Shown: in pieces, positions 1-10,662 of the stretch | Layout of the letters: every line of letters starts with the position of its first letter | Numbering within the stretch: position 1 is the first letter of the stretch | Assembly (NCBI GenBank): GCA_965285935.1 | Contig: OZ260662.1 | Span: forward strand, 101,060,001 to 101,124,000 | Direction of reading: 5' to 3' | Source: Ophelia neglecta | Lineage: Eukaryota | Length of the DNA stretch: 64,000 nucleotides | The notes under the pieces: generated by a model | The model's input: only the letters and a program-made list of their open reading frames with translations | Told to the model about the DNA's origin: nothing | Database searches by the model: none | Position numbers and translations under genes: made by a program

Positions 1-726
1 CCACCTGAGCCAAATTTAATATGAGAACCCAGGGAGGCACTGACCCCTAAACAGAACAGGGGTGTGCTGCCATAAAACTATACTCATAATAAGTGCAAAT
101 AGTTAGGGCAGATAATTAAGTGATTTGGCAACACAACCTTTAATAAAGGAGAAACGGCGGTTTTGGAATATTTCCATCACCAGGGGCCAATACACAAATA
201 ATCAGGATCTAAATTACCAAATAAAAAGCCACCTTTTTGGCACTTTTTGATATAAAAAAATACATTAATAGATAGACAACAGGGAAAATGGTATTTAGGG
301 GGTTTAGGCATAACCAACCGTTATCCCCAAACATCTATCTTGGCATCATGTCCAATTGAAGGACCTATTCTGGCAGCACATACCCCCACATGGATGGAAA
401 TGACAGTGCCCCCCACCCCCCTGGTGTGAAAATCGGCTACTCAGGGTTTAATATAACAGAGCAAGGAAAAAACTTGAATCAAAATGGTGACATTCCTGAG
501 AAAGACTGCTTTAACATGTGCCCAAAAACTGACATTGTCTGGGAGACAGACATGGCTATGTCTAACACATCTTGTAGGGGAACACAGCGGTGAAATTGGC
601 TTAGCCTTCTACTGGCAAATGCCAGGGAAAAACCAGCCAAGTCAGATAACGTTCTCCTCAATGGCTGAAAAGATAGCCTTCATATACCTCTGTCTGCTGA
701 GGAAAATAAATGTAGCAGTCCATCAG

Positions 727-957
727 AGCACTTACTCAGCACTTACACAGCACTTACACAGCACTTACACAGCACTTACACAGCACTTACTCAGCACTTA
801 CACAGCACTTACACAGCACTTACACAGCACTTACTCAGCACTTACACAGCACTTACACAGCACTTACACAGCACTTACTCAGCACTTACACAGCACTTAC
901 TCAGCACTTACACAGCATTTACTCAGCACTTACACAGCACTTACACAGCACTTACAC
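727..957. repeat. 11-bp tandem repeat (CAGCACTTACA / CAGCACTTACT), about 21 copies
   Basis: Direct inspection; explains the repetitive tail of ORF 484..996. Confidence 0.95.
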
Positions 958-1860
958 ACCCTCTTTTTTTCTAAAAGTGTCCAACAATTTGGTTAGAATT
1001 TCCCATTTCCGGTAAACAAGTTTTTTTGTTGATACAAAATGGCTGTATTTGTTGATATTTGTGGCTTTCACAAACAAGTAATGGCCTGTATAGGTTTTGG
1101 TATACAGTAAAGATTAGTTGATGATTTGTATTGTAAAGAGGGTGAAGAAGACAATGGGCGATTATGTGGCCTTCTTGTGACTGGACAGAATGGAGCTGTC
1201 AAGTCTAGGTCCACGGCAATAACTCTGAGGAAGAGAGCCACCATGAAGGCTGCAGACTGATACGGCTTATCTGAGAAGCTACAAAGATGAGCTGGGTATT
1301 CTGCCAGGATTAATACTAATGACGGCTATCATACCTGACCCTGATCTCAGTCTCTCCTTACTCTCACTCCTTTGTTATCTCAGGCAGTCTAGTAGAGCTG
1401 GTGCCTTTAACAAATGAAGGGCTCCAGGCTGCTCTCACTGTACAATACCAACTCATTGGTATGGGAAGGCCATAAACAAGTCACTCTGTAGCTGCCTACA
1501 GTGTCTGACTGCTTCAAGTTTTGAATCTATACATTATTTTTAATGCTTAAAGAAACTAGATCACATAAATTTGCATTTACAAAAAAAACATAGCCATTAA
1601 TGATGCTAGTGTTGTGGTGAAATGAGGCAATTCCCTTGCAGAAAGCGCTAATGGGATGAAACGATGCATTGTCGGCAAGCGATAGAATATCGCCATTCCG
1701 ACAGGGATCAGAAAGGAGAGCTCTCAATCATCGGCAGGGTGTTGGGAATTAGCATAGAACTGCATATAAGAACTCAGTCTAATTCAATCAGTCAGCTCCT
1801 TCATAGGCACTGCACATTGTTAACCAGTGAGGTGTTCTGTGGCTGGGGCTCACTGGCGTC

Positions 1861-2335
1861 CCTGCTGAAGTCCGACTAAATGGTTACCGATGGGTCCATG
1901 CTGAAGTCTGTCTCCCTATATAACCAATGGATCCATGCATAATATGTCTGGCACAAAATGGATGGATCTGTGCCGAAGTCTGTTTAAATGGTAACCGATT
2001 GGACCATGCTGAAGTCTGTCTCCCTATATAACCAATGGATCCATGCATAATATGTCTGGCACAAAACGGATGGATCCGTGCCGAAGTCTGGCTAAATGGT
2101 AACCGATTGGTCCATGCTGAAGTCTGTCTCCCTATATAACCAATGGATCCAGGCATAATATGTCCGGCACATAACGGATGGATCCGTGCTGAAGTCTCTC
2201 TGGCTAATAAACGTTGGGTCCATGCTGAAGTCTGTCTGGGTAATTACCAATGGATCCATTTTAAAGTCTGACTAATAGCCTATGGATCCAAGCTGAATCT
2301 ATTTGATTAATAACGGATGGATCCGTGCTGCAGTC
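1861..2335. repeat. Minisatellite of ~36-bp monomers arranged as a 108-bp trimeric higher-order repeat
   Basis: CCATGCTGAAGTCTGTCTCCC recurs at 1896, 2004 and 2112; internal monomers are 37, 35 and 36 bp. Confidence 0.9.
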
Positions 2336-2969
2336 TCACTCACTAACAACCACCAGACTGGCCACTGGATACATTAAATACAACCTGACCATCCAATGTC
2401 AATGAAATATGTCATTTAGGAATGGAAACCCTGGATTAGGGAATGATTGACTGACACCTTGGGGTATAATAAAGTGTACACTGAAATCCTGAGCTATTAA
2501 TAGATATTGAATGATTGGATTCAATTTATTTAGAACACTTTTGACAAGCTTTCTTTTAATATGATTAGGGCCTCAAGGGTGGTAAACTGAAAAAATAAAC
2601 ATTTGGTTAAACTGAAATGAATTTATGCTATTGGGAAGTTCACATATTTGTAGAGTTCAGGAGACCGGTATATTTGCAAATGGAGGGTCGAGTAAGGGTA
2701 CCTGAATTGGAAACGGCAGTTTCATTGTTCTTCAATTTAGATTACATCAGAATCTACAGTTTTTCATGTTGGGACTTGGGTCGAAATATCTCTCGTGTGA
2801 ATCAGTCTCCAATGATTTACTAATGTCATCACCAGTGGGGATAATATGCTTCTTTCAGGTTGTAAAGTTCAAAACTGAAGATTCATACATTGGGTGGTCA
2901 AGTCAAACAGAGTTCTGGCCTTGATTGTGCAAGAGTATTAGAAGGCATGATGCACAAGATGCTCTCAAA

Positions 2970-3690
2970 CATGCTCAACATAAAACGTGCATTCGAAACA
3001 TGCAAAGGCAAGATCAACACCACATGCAGCATTCCACACATAGCCTGCAGACTTCTGCTACATGCTCTACAGTAAAGATGGTGCTTTTCAGTAGTGGATT
3101 TATACAATTTGCTGCACCTATAGGTTCTGGGGCAACAAATTGCAGTTTAAATCCTGAAAAGCTTCATCTAAGCCACATGCTTTATCATTACAAGCAAGGA
3201 ACATGTACACACTAGAACTGTGACTCTATATTGAGGCAAGCACATGCAAATAAAATCATGCAAGATGCATAAAATGTTCATGCTCGGGCCAAGCGGTCTC
3301 ACAGCAATAAACACAGAGCGTGCCCAGTCGGTTTCACTCAGTGACAGCACACCATTACAAACATGCTCATAGCATATTCCACGGCCATCAGCAAGGCTAT
3401 CTACATGCAAAACACCAGCCAAAAAGATTGAATCATGCCACTAAATTCAATAATCAAATTTTCAGGCAGAGTTTGCATGCAGCTTTACATTCAAGAGAGA
3501 TAGACATGCGGAACAAATATCAAGCAGTTTTCAGCAACATTCAATAGAGTGTTGACGAGTGTTTTTTTTGGCAGGCACCACTTTCTACTACAGCAAGATG
3601 CATCGGTGAAGCTCTGAGGCAGACGTAAATTGCATTTGCCGACAAAAATTCAAAAATCACAAACACACACAAATTCATCATTTCATGCTT
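2970..3690 (-). promoter_or_regulatory. Cluster of Rbfox-type (U)GCAUG intronic splicing motifs
   Basis: About 14 CATGC on the + strand (GCAUG in the minus-strand pre-mRNA). Six are full CATGCA, at 2999, 3023, 3243, 3257, 3404 and 3476. Only about 2 occur in the opposite orientation. Confidence 0.6.
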
Positions 3691-3787
3691 GCAATCATTC
3701 TCAACAAGGCACAAGATGCATATTGCACGAAACCAGACGCGAGCAACGAAGAGCGTGCGGTTCTGACTAGACAACATGTGACCACAC

Positions 3788-3820
3788 TTTAACTGGAGAC
3801 AGCCTCGACAACTGTCCGCT
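3788..3820 (-). CDS. Candidate 33-nt alternative microexon (SGQLSRLSPVK) of the TNFR-Cys gene
   Basis: tcattgtag acceptor and a weak AAA|gtgtgg donor. Phase 0-0 fits the phase-0 end of exon 5992-6166, and it lies immediately upstream of the GCAUG cluster. Confidence 0.3.
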
Positions 3821-5329
3821 CTACAATGACACGTGTGCACGAAATCAGCACATATCGGACACCGGTATATATCCCCATCTGGCAATTAAACATTACTGTA
3901 CCTTTGCCTGGGTTAGTTTTCAGAACAATGTGTCGCACAGGAAAATGAAAAGATAAACCAATAAGGAATATTAGTAGAACAAGTAATGCAAGATTGTGTA
4001 ATGTTTTCTCTGAGCTAAGTATCTGTTCATTCCTTACACACAATAACCAAAGCAAAAAAGCCATATAATTGAATTGAGCAGCTACTCAAAAAAAAGACTT
4101 TTGATGAAAATAGAACCAAATTGTTTCAGATTATCTGAGTTTATCTGTGGAAAAAAGCAAGTGAGGTGTATAAAATCAGAAGTGACATTTTCTCAGAAGC
4201 TTATAGTAATTAGAATCACAAATATCTAAGAAGGCTTCTAAAGAAAAAGATGATAGTGACATCGACAGAGGCGGAATCCAAATCAAATTAGAATACACTA
4301 AGCTTCCATAACAAGGACAACACAAATCCTCACACCACAGTTAATTAAATTAACAACAACCATTGATTAAGACGGCAAAGGAACACAAAATGCTAAATTC
4401 TGGTTGAATTATAAAAAAAAATGCCCAGGAAAATTATCTGCGAATTCTATTTTCTACCCTAAATATTAATCAGGTTTATGATAGAAAATAGCCTGTTAGT
4501 ATAATTTTAGTATAAGCAGGTAACTAAATACTCATTAAAAGGCAGCAGGTGCATTTAAGAAACACATTTTAATAACCTGAAAATTTTAATCTTTGAATAA
4601 TCCTTTTTTTGCTGGTAGAGGTAGGATGGATTTTTGGTACAATGCTTTTCAGTACTAAATACTTACACTTTGAAATATCCTGTGCATTCAATAATGGGAC
4701 ATGATTTCAAATGGTTCTACATAGAAACTTTTAAAGATGGGACGAAATGTATTAAAACTGGGCAGTAGTGTCTAATGGCCTAGGTTTTTAGCCAAGTACC
4801 TCACCAATGTCAATTATATTCCTAAAGTGCTCTAGTAACATTATCAACAGCTGGAATAAATTAAAAACTGTAATTTGGCCTTAAGGTCAAGTTACTACCC
4901 AACTGAGTAAATATATCTACTGTCTATTTAAAATAGTTCCAACCCTTGATAATCCTGGCTTTGAATATATGAAAAATATTGGTGACATAATTGCCTTGGG
5001 CCTTAATTGATCATTTTATCTTAATTAAGGAAGAGATGGCTGAATTTCCTATAAGGCCATTAATAATACAGGTATTACTTCTGGCATCCTCTGGTACTAG
5101 CAGCTGGTAAATAAGCCACTCCCAGGACCATAATAATGCCAGTCTCTTATGGCACAAAATGACCATGGTACAGACTTTTGACCAACTTTTCACTGAAATT
5201 CTGAATTTGGTAAAGAAATGCCCTGTTGCTGGGTTATTAATGATGTCCCACCTATCCAGAATCAAATTTTGTTTTCTCGCCCTTGGCTTATATGGAACCT
5301 TGGGGTAAAGCCAAGCACTCTTGGCTTAG

Positions 5330-5830
5330 GAAAAGGCCTAATATAGGACCCTAGGATGGATGGCCTAAGGTAGAACCCTTGGCCTAAGCTAGGACTCTTG
5401 GCCTTAACTAGGACATTTGGCCTAAGCTAGGACCCTTGGCCTTAGCTAGGACCCTTGGCCCTAGCTAGGGCACTTGGCCTTAGCTAGGACCCTTGGCCTT
5501 AGCTAGGACACTTGGCCTAAGCTAGGACCCTTGGCCTAAGCTAGGACCCTTGGCCTTAGCTAGGACCCTTGGCCCTAGCTAGGGCACTTGGCCTTAGCTA
5601 GAACCCTTGGCCTTAGCTAGGACCCTTGGCCTTAGCTAGGACCCTTGGCCCTAGCTAGGGCACTTGGCCTAAGCTAGGGCACTTGGCCTTATCTAGGACC
5701 CTTAGCCTTAGCTAGGACCCTTGGCCGTAGCTAGGACCCTTGGCCATATATAGGAACCTAGGACAGTTGGCCTAAATTAGAACCTTTGGCTTTAGCTAGG
5801 ATCCTTTCATAGCTAGGACCCTATCCTAGT
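5330..5830. repeat. 19-bp tandem repeat (TTGGCCTTAGCTAGGACCC)
   Basis: Period of 19 measured at 5417/5436; edges are degenerate. Confidence 0.95.
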
Positions 5831-5991
5831 TCAATTTACTTTGTCTTAAGCTACCAGGTATCCATTCTCATTTTTAAACACAAAGTATTGTCTAATGCTA
5901 ATGAATCAAATTTCCCATGAAGTTTTTGATATATTAGATTTGCATTAAAAAAAAGCTAGCTAAAATTCAAACGATATCTTAAGGAACTGAC

Positions 5992-6166
5992 CATTTTCGT
6001 GCAGGCCTCGTTGAGGGTTCTGTGGAGGAAGGTGTCCCCCTGGTTGGTACCGGCCGGACATTGGGGCTGCTCCATGTTCTTGGAGTCACAAACGAAGTTT
6101 TCAGCAGCTGTGGTCCTATCTCTAGATACCTCCAAGGTTATACTATAATAGTCAGGTATCGGGTGT
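5992..6166 (-). CDS. Internal coding exon (175 nt, phase 2-0) of the TNFR-Cys-module protein: (R)HPIPDYYSITLEVSRDRTTAAENFVCDSKNMEQPQCPAGTNQGDTFLHRTLNEACTKM
   Basis: tttttttttcag acceptor, ATG|gtcagt donor, open frame, and phase match to exon 7061-7337 (AG+A = Arg). Confidence 0.85.
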
Positions 6167-6626
6167 CTGAAAAAAAAAATTTAGTACACATACACTAACG
6201 GACACGGCAGAGGTAAGCTTCATCATAACTGAAAAATGTCTATGAATACATTAAAAGTATTGTTCAATACACCCTGATGCAATGCCAAATATTGGGGATT
6301 TCTTGAAACGAGTTGCAACCTTGATACTGGATATGTTTTCCAATAAACAGGGGTGCTCAATAATTATTTTCTTACAAGCTTACTTAAAATTAGGGTATTT
6401 GTTTTGATTTTTGTGGACCTGAAGCTAACAGTTCCTTATGAATATGATTTGATACAATATTTGTGATTCTGGATTTTGCTCTCTCTGCCCTGTATCCATT
6501 CCTGTTTATCCAAGTCACTACAATTAAAAGGTTGGTAACCAAATCTAATTTCAAAATACAACTGGAGCATTCTAGACATGAAGTATGTTGGAAGGCAGCA
6601 GCTGTAGTGCTACTGGAAATGGTTCA

Positions 6627-7083
6627 GACAAAATTTAGGATCACGACCTCTAGTAGTTTCAGACTATTTTTTAGGGTCATTACCTATAGTTGTTTCAGAC
6701 TATTTTTAGGGTCATTACCTATAGCAGTTTCAGACTATTTTTAGGGTCATTACCTTTAGCAGTTTCAGACTATTTCTAAGGTCATTACCTATAGCAGTTT
6801 CAGACTATTTCTAAGGTCATTACATATAGCAGTTTCAGACTATTTCTAAGGTCATTACATATAGTGGTTTCAGACTATTTTGGGTCATTATCTAGAGTAG
6901 TTTAAGACTATTTTAAAGCTTAATTACCTATTACAGTTTAAGACTATTTTAAAGCTTCATTACCTATAGTAGTTTCAGACAATTTTTAGGGTCATTACAT
7001 GTGGTGGTTTCAGACTATTTTTGGTCATTACAGTTTCAGACTATTTTATAGCTTCGTTACCTGCAGTGGTTGCGGACTATTTT
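6627..7083. repeat. ~35-bp minisatellite (TAGGGTCATTACCTATAGCAGTTTCAGACTATTTT) whose last unit overlaps the exon/donor junction at 7060/7061
   Basis: CAGAC recurs at 6660, 6696, 6731 and 6766. The unit at ~6953 matches 7050-7083 at 27/34 positions. Confidence 0.9.
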
Positions 7084-7337
7084 GCTGAACTTGGTTTTAT
7101 CCTCGCTGTTGTTTGGATTCCCCAACATATATTTATTGTCACTTTCATGGTCGCCATCTTCATACTCCGGAATCAGATGGACATTAAGTATGCCGATATT
7201 AACTTCAAGGCCAGACTCGCGAATCCAATAGAAGTCCGAGGCCTGGGTCATATCAGTAACATAATATGTAGTCTCCAGGTTCCTAGTGCTGTGTAAATCC
7301 TCCAGGAATAAATTGTCAGAAGCTTCTACTTTGAGCC
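7061..7337 (-). CDS. Internal coding exon (277 nt, phase 1-2): LKVEASDNLFLEDLHSTRNLETTYYVTDMTQASDFYWIRESGLEVNIGILNVHLIPEYEDGDHESDNKYMLGNPNNSEDKTKFSKIVRNHC
   Basis: Core of ORF 7057..7353; tttccgtttcag acceptor, CAG|gtaacg donor; phases match both neighbours. Confidence 0.85.
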
Positions 7338-8226
7338 CTGAAACGGAAATCAAAGCATATCCAGGTGACAGTATGATGAATGCTAGACTCGCTGAAATGG
7401 AGAACCATTATGAACATTCTTGGAGATGTCCTAACTCCCAAAAAACCAGACTTTGTAAAATCACATGTAATGACCAGTTACAATGTAGTGAATAGATCAA
7501 CTGCCCTCTTTAATGGATTTGGAGAAATCATAAGGTGACCTTGGTGTAAAATACTGAGGGCCAAATATTAGTCGCTTCAACAGGCACCTTGTCAAAAAGA
7601 TGAAGCAATTTTGAACCTGTCAACTTGCAGCCAGATGACATCATACCTTCTTTGACTGAAAATGAAATTATACACAAAAAGCACACTGCTTCTTAACTAG
7701 TTAACCTGCCAAGCCACTGACAAGGGATACAGAATTTATCGCAAAGAAACTTAGTCCAATGGTGGGTAAAAAATCATCACTGACGAAATTATGGCATATA
7801 CATGTACATGTTATTAAGAACCGAATGGTGAGATAAATGCCACATGTTAATCATCTAAAACTGCAGTGTGGTGTAAAACCTAATCTGGCAACTAGACATA
7901 CATGTACAAGGCGTTTAACAATCACACCGACAGCGACATCAAGTGGTTGAGCCCTATCATGGAAAGGAATGCAATGAATTTAAAAAAATGATAAATTAAC
8001 CCATGCCACTTTTATTAAGTCTAACGGATCATAAATAATTAGATGTACGAGGCACTAAAATTGTATTTAACGTCCTATAAGATATTATTAATACATAATG
8101 ATATCATTAATAATAACTAGATGAAAGGTTACTATTTACAGAGATATCTATTCGCTTCAATTTTGTAATTCAAATTTTACCTGCACTTCTATTGCAAATA
8201 AAGGGCCAATTATCCAGACTGTTGCT

Positions 8227-8618
8227 CATGCATTATTAATTTTGTCAATAACCATGGCATGCTTCCTTCAACATGCAACCTAGAGCCACAAATCTGTTGG
8301 CCAGACATTCCATACAAATAAAATTAAGCTCCCAACAAAATCCAAATACAAATATTGATTTAATGTTTTGAATCAAGGAACTTTTTAGAGCATTGCAAAC
8401 CAAAGCCCTTTGAAATTATATCAACTTCATGTCATGCAAATGTCTAAGACCAAACAATATCTAATAATACTGGGTGCACATAAAATAGATAACATAATTA
8501 GTCAATAAATTTGGTCTCTCGAAGCATGCAGCATTACCAAGACAATAATAAAACACAAATTATTGTGTTTAACAAAGCACACACGAGAATTAAACATTCA
8601 ACATGTCCAATGCATGCA
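8227..8618 (-). promoter_or_regulatory. Cluster of five UGCAUG (Rbfox-type) motifs downstream of the candidate microexon
   Basis: CATGCA on the + strand at 8227, 8272, 8433, 8525 and 8613, plus CATGC at 8258. Confidence 0.6.
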
Positions 8619-8745
8619 TCTAAATGTCTAAACTACAGATAGATCATTCACAATACCAAACAATCTTACGAGAAAAGTACAAACAAACAAGAAAAAATTG
8701 TGTGCCACCAAAGGAGAAAGGTCACAAAATGTCACTTGCTTTTAC

Positions 8746-8781
8746 GCTTTTTGAGTGTTGGCTTCTTCCATTGCAGTTCTG
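8746..8781 (-). CDS. Candidate 36-nt alternative microexon (phase 1-1): AELQWKKPTLKK(R)
   Basis: Pyrimidine-rich acceptor tctttcctcccaatgtttcag (NAGNAG) and donor C|gtaaaa. An alternative in-frame A|gcaagt donor gives 42 nt. In frame between exons 10547-10603 and 7061-7337, with a downstream UGCAUG cluster. Confidence 0.55.
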
Positions 8782-10546
8782 CTGAAACATTGGGAGGAAA
8801 GATAACACCGGGGAGACAAGAGATGTCCAAATCACAGTGATATTGCCAATAACAGCAATTCAGACTGGGTATTATAGAGGGCGCCCTAGGTCGCTGAGTT
8901 CTGCTGGGTCTATTATCACTTACTTATAGGTTCATTCACAGTGTGATCTGTCGGCATATACAAGTCTAAATCGCATAACTGACTGCCACCTAATACATTC
9001 CACTCACCCACTCATTGTTAATTGGATGCCTTAATAACTATTTACTCACTAACTAAAGAGAGCTTAATAAATGCAAATTTCTTCTTTCAAATGATTGATA
9101 GTTATTCAGATGATGTTTGTTAATGTTGGAATTCATGAGCATGCATGAACTGTGCATCTGTTTCTCCGTGCTACTAGTAAACTTATAATGAGCAATTATA
9201 TAGCCATATGCACCCAAATACGTCTGCACTGAGTATAGAGTGCCTGAATAGGGAAGCATAAGGAGCCACAGAAAATCTTTATACAGCTTATTATTTAAAC
9301 CATATATAACATAACTATATTGATTCCAATTTTTTTAATTGCTGAATGACTGCCACAGAATTGAGCAAGCATATAGTTAAGTAAGATGATGCAAATAGAC
9401 ACCCACTGGGAGGTCAACAAAAAGTCAAACTGCAGAATTTAAAAAGCAGATTATAGGATTTTCAATGGAATGCCTCTTAGAAATTTCAGGAGAAAATTTA
9501 GACATACATATTAAGGTAGGATCTAGCATCAAACTGTTAAGATATTGAAGTAATATATTAAAGAAGATGACATAGTCTGCTCTTTGATGGAGGTTAAACT
9601 AACTTAACTCTTAGGTTAGCATGCCTCAAAATGGCACCACAAAAGTATAAAAAATTCTGCCTTGTTTTAAGCCCTCAATATAGGATATTGCCTAAAACGA
9701 GTTTATCCTTTTTCCATCATTTGTATTAGCTTGTGATAGACAAAGGGTAAAAAAATTAAACAAACAGTTAACATGCCATTATTAATCAGATCTTGGGGCA
9801 TGTGATATAGGCTCTTATTATTATAACGTATTCTCTCTTGGGCAAGTATCTGTTGTTTTCTGATTATTGGAATAAACGTTCAAAATATCGCTATCTTATG
9901 CCAACAGGAATAGTTGAATGATAAAATTTATTTTTATCTAACAGAAATAAATAACATTACAGTTGCCATTGGCCAGTGTAAAAAGTAAAATAAATACGTA
10001 ATATTGTGATATTATCAGAGGCAAGTTGATGACACCATATACATGAACTCAACGGAGACAGTTTATAATGTATACCATAGAGGAGCAGTTAAACAGAGGA
10101 AGGGGGTTTAATTACAGTACAACAGTAGTTTATTAGGCTGAGAGTGTAAGAGTGCAGCTCGAAAATCCTATACATATACTTGTGATGCATGGTCATTCAC
10201 AATATTGTCAGTGTTTGTTCCTCAACTAAATTCAAACTGTGCAGAACCATGCATACTTTGCATAATTTATCCAAAAATTCAAAATGCATACATATTCAAA
10301 CAGAAATTTTCATCATACGGAATGCAGACCGGACATGCACCGTGGGTAGTAGTAGTGGGCATATTACCCTACGAGGCCCAAACGGAAATCCTGGGCTTGC
10401 CAATAATAGTATTTTAAGTAGTATGAACTAAATAATTCCGGGGCAGTACACTAGGGGTGCCCATGACTATTAGTTTATTAATATGTTTAATTGGAGCATT
10501 TATGGTGGCAGATTTAAATAGTTCCTGTTGTGTGTTGGTGACTTAC

Positions 10547-10603
10547 CCTCCAGGAATGTAGGGGTGGTTATTTCACGCGTAATCAGCACAGGATGAGCCA
10601 CAT
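10547..10603 (-). CDS. Internal coding exon (57 nt, phase 1-1), linker: (H)VAHPVLITREITTPTFLE
   Basis: ttttgtttcatttcag acceptor, consensus GG|gtaagt donor, open in the expected phase. Confidence 0.8.
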
Positions 10604-10662
10604 CTGAAATGAAACAAAATAGGCTGCCTTAAAAAACAGTTTGGATAAAAATAAAATTTCTG

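Noticed and set aside
484-996. 170-aa ORF with (STYTALTQHLH)n
   Set aside because: Translation of an 11-bp tandem repeat; no splice or homology support.
3541-3885. Cys/His-rich ORF resembling a zinc finger (CPIC...CHC...C..C)
   Set aside because: Ligand spacing fits no RING/PHD pattern I recognise; the Cys richness follows from the TG/TGC-rich composition of the motif cluster.
2824-3890. Possible TIR pair (CCAG(A)TGGGGATA) bracketing the GCAUG-rich region
   Set aside because: The match is short and gapped with no TSD; kept only as the alternative hypothesis for the motif cluster.
4180-4312. Short protein-like reads on both strands (+: ...GGIQIKLEYTKLP*; -: EAFLDICDSNYYKLLRKCHF*)
   Set aside because: The + strand read lacks a credible acceptor or upstream exons; the - strand read needs phase 1 whereas the preceding exon ends in phase 0.
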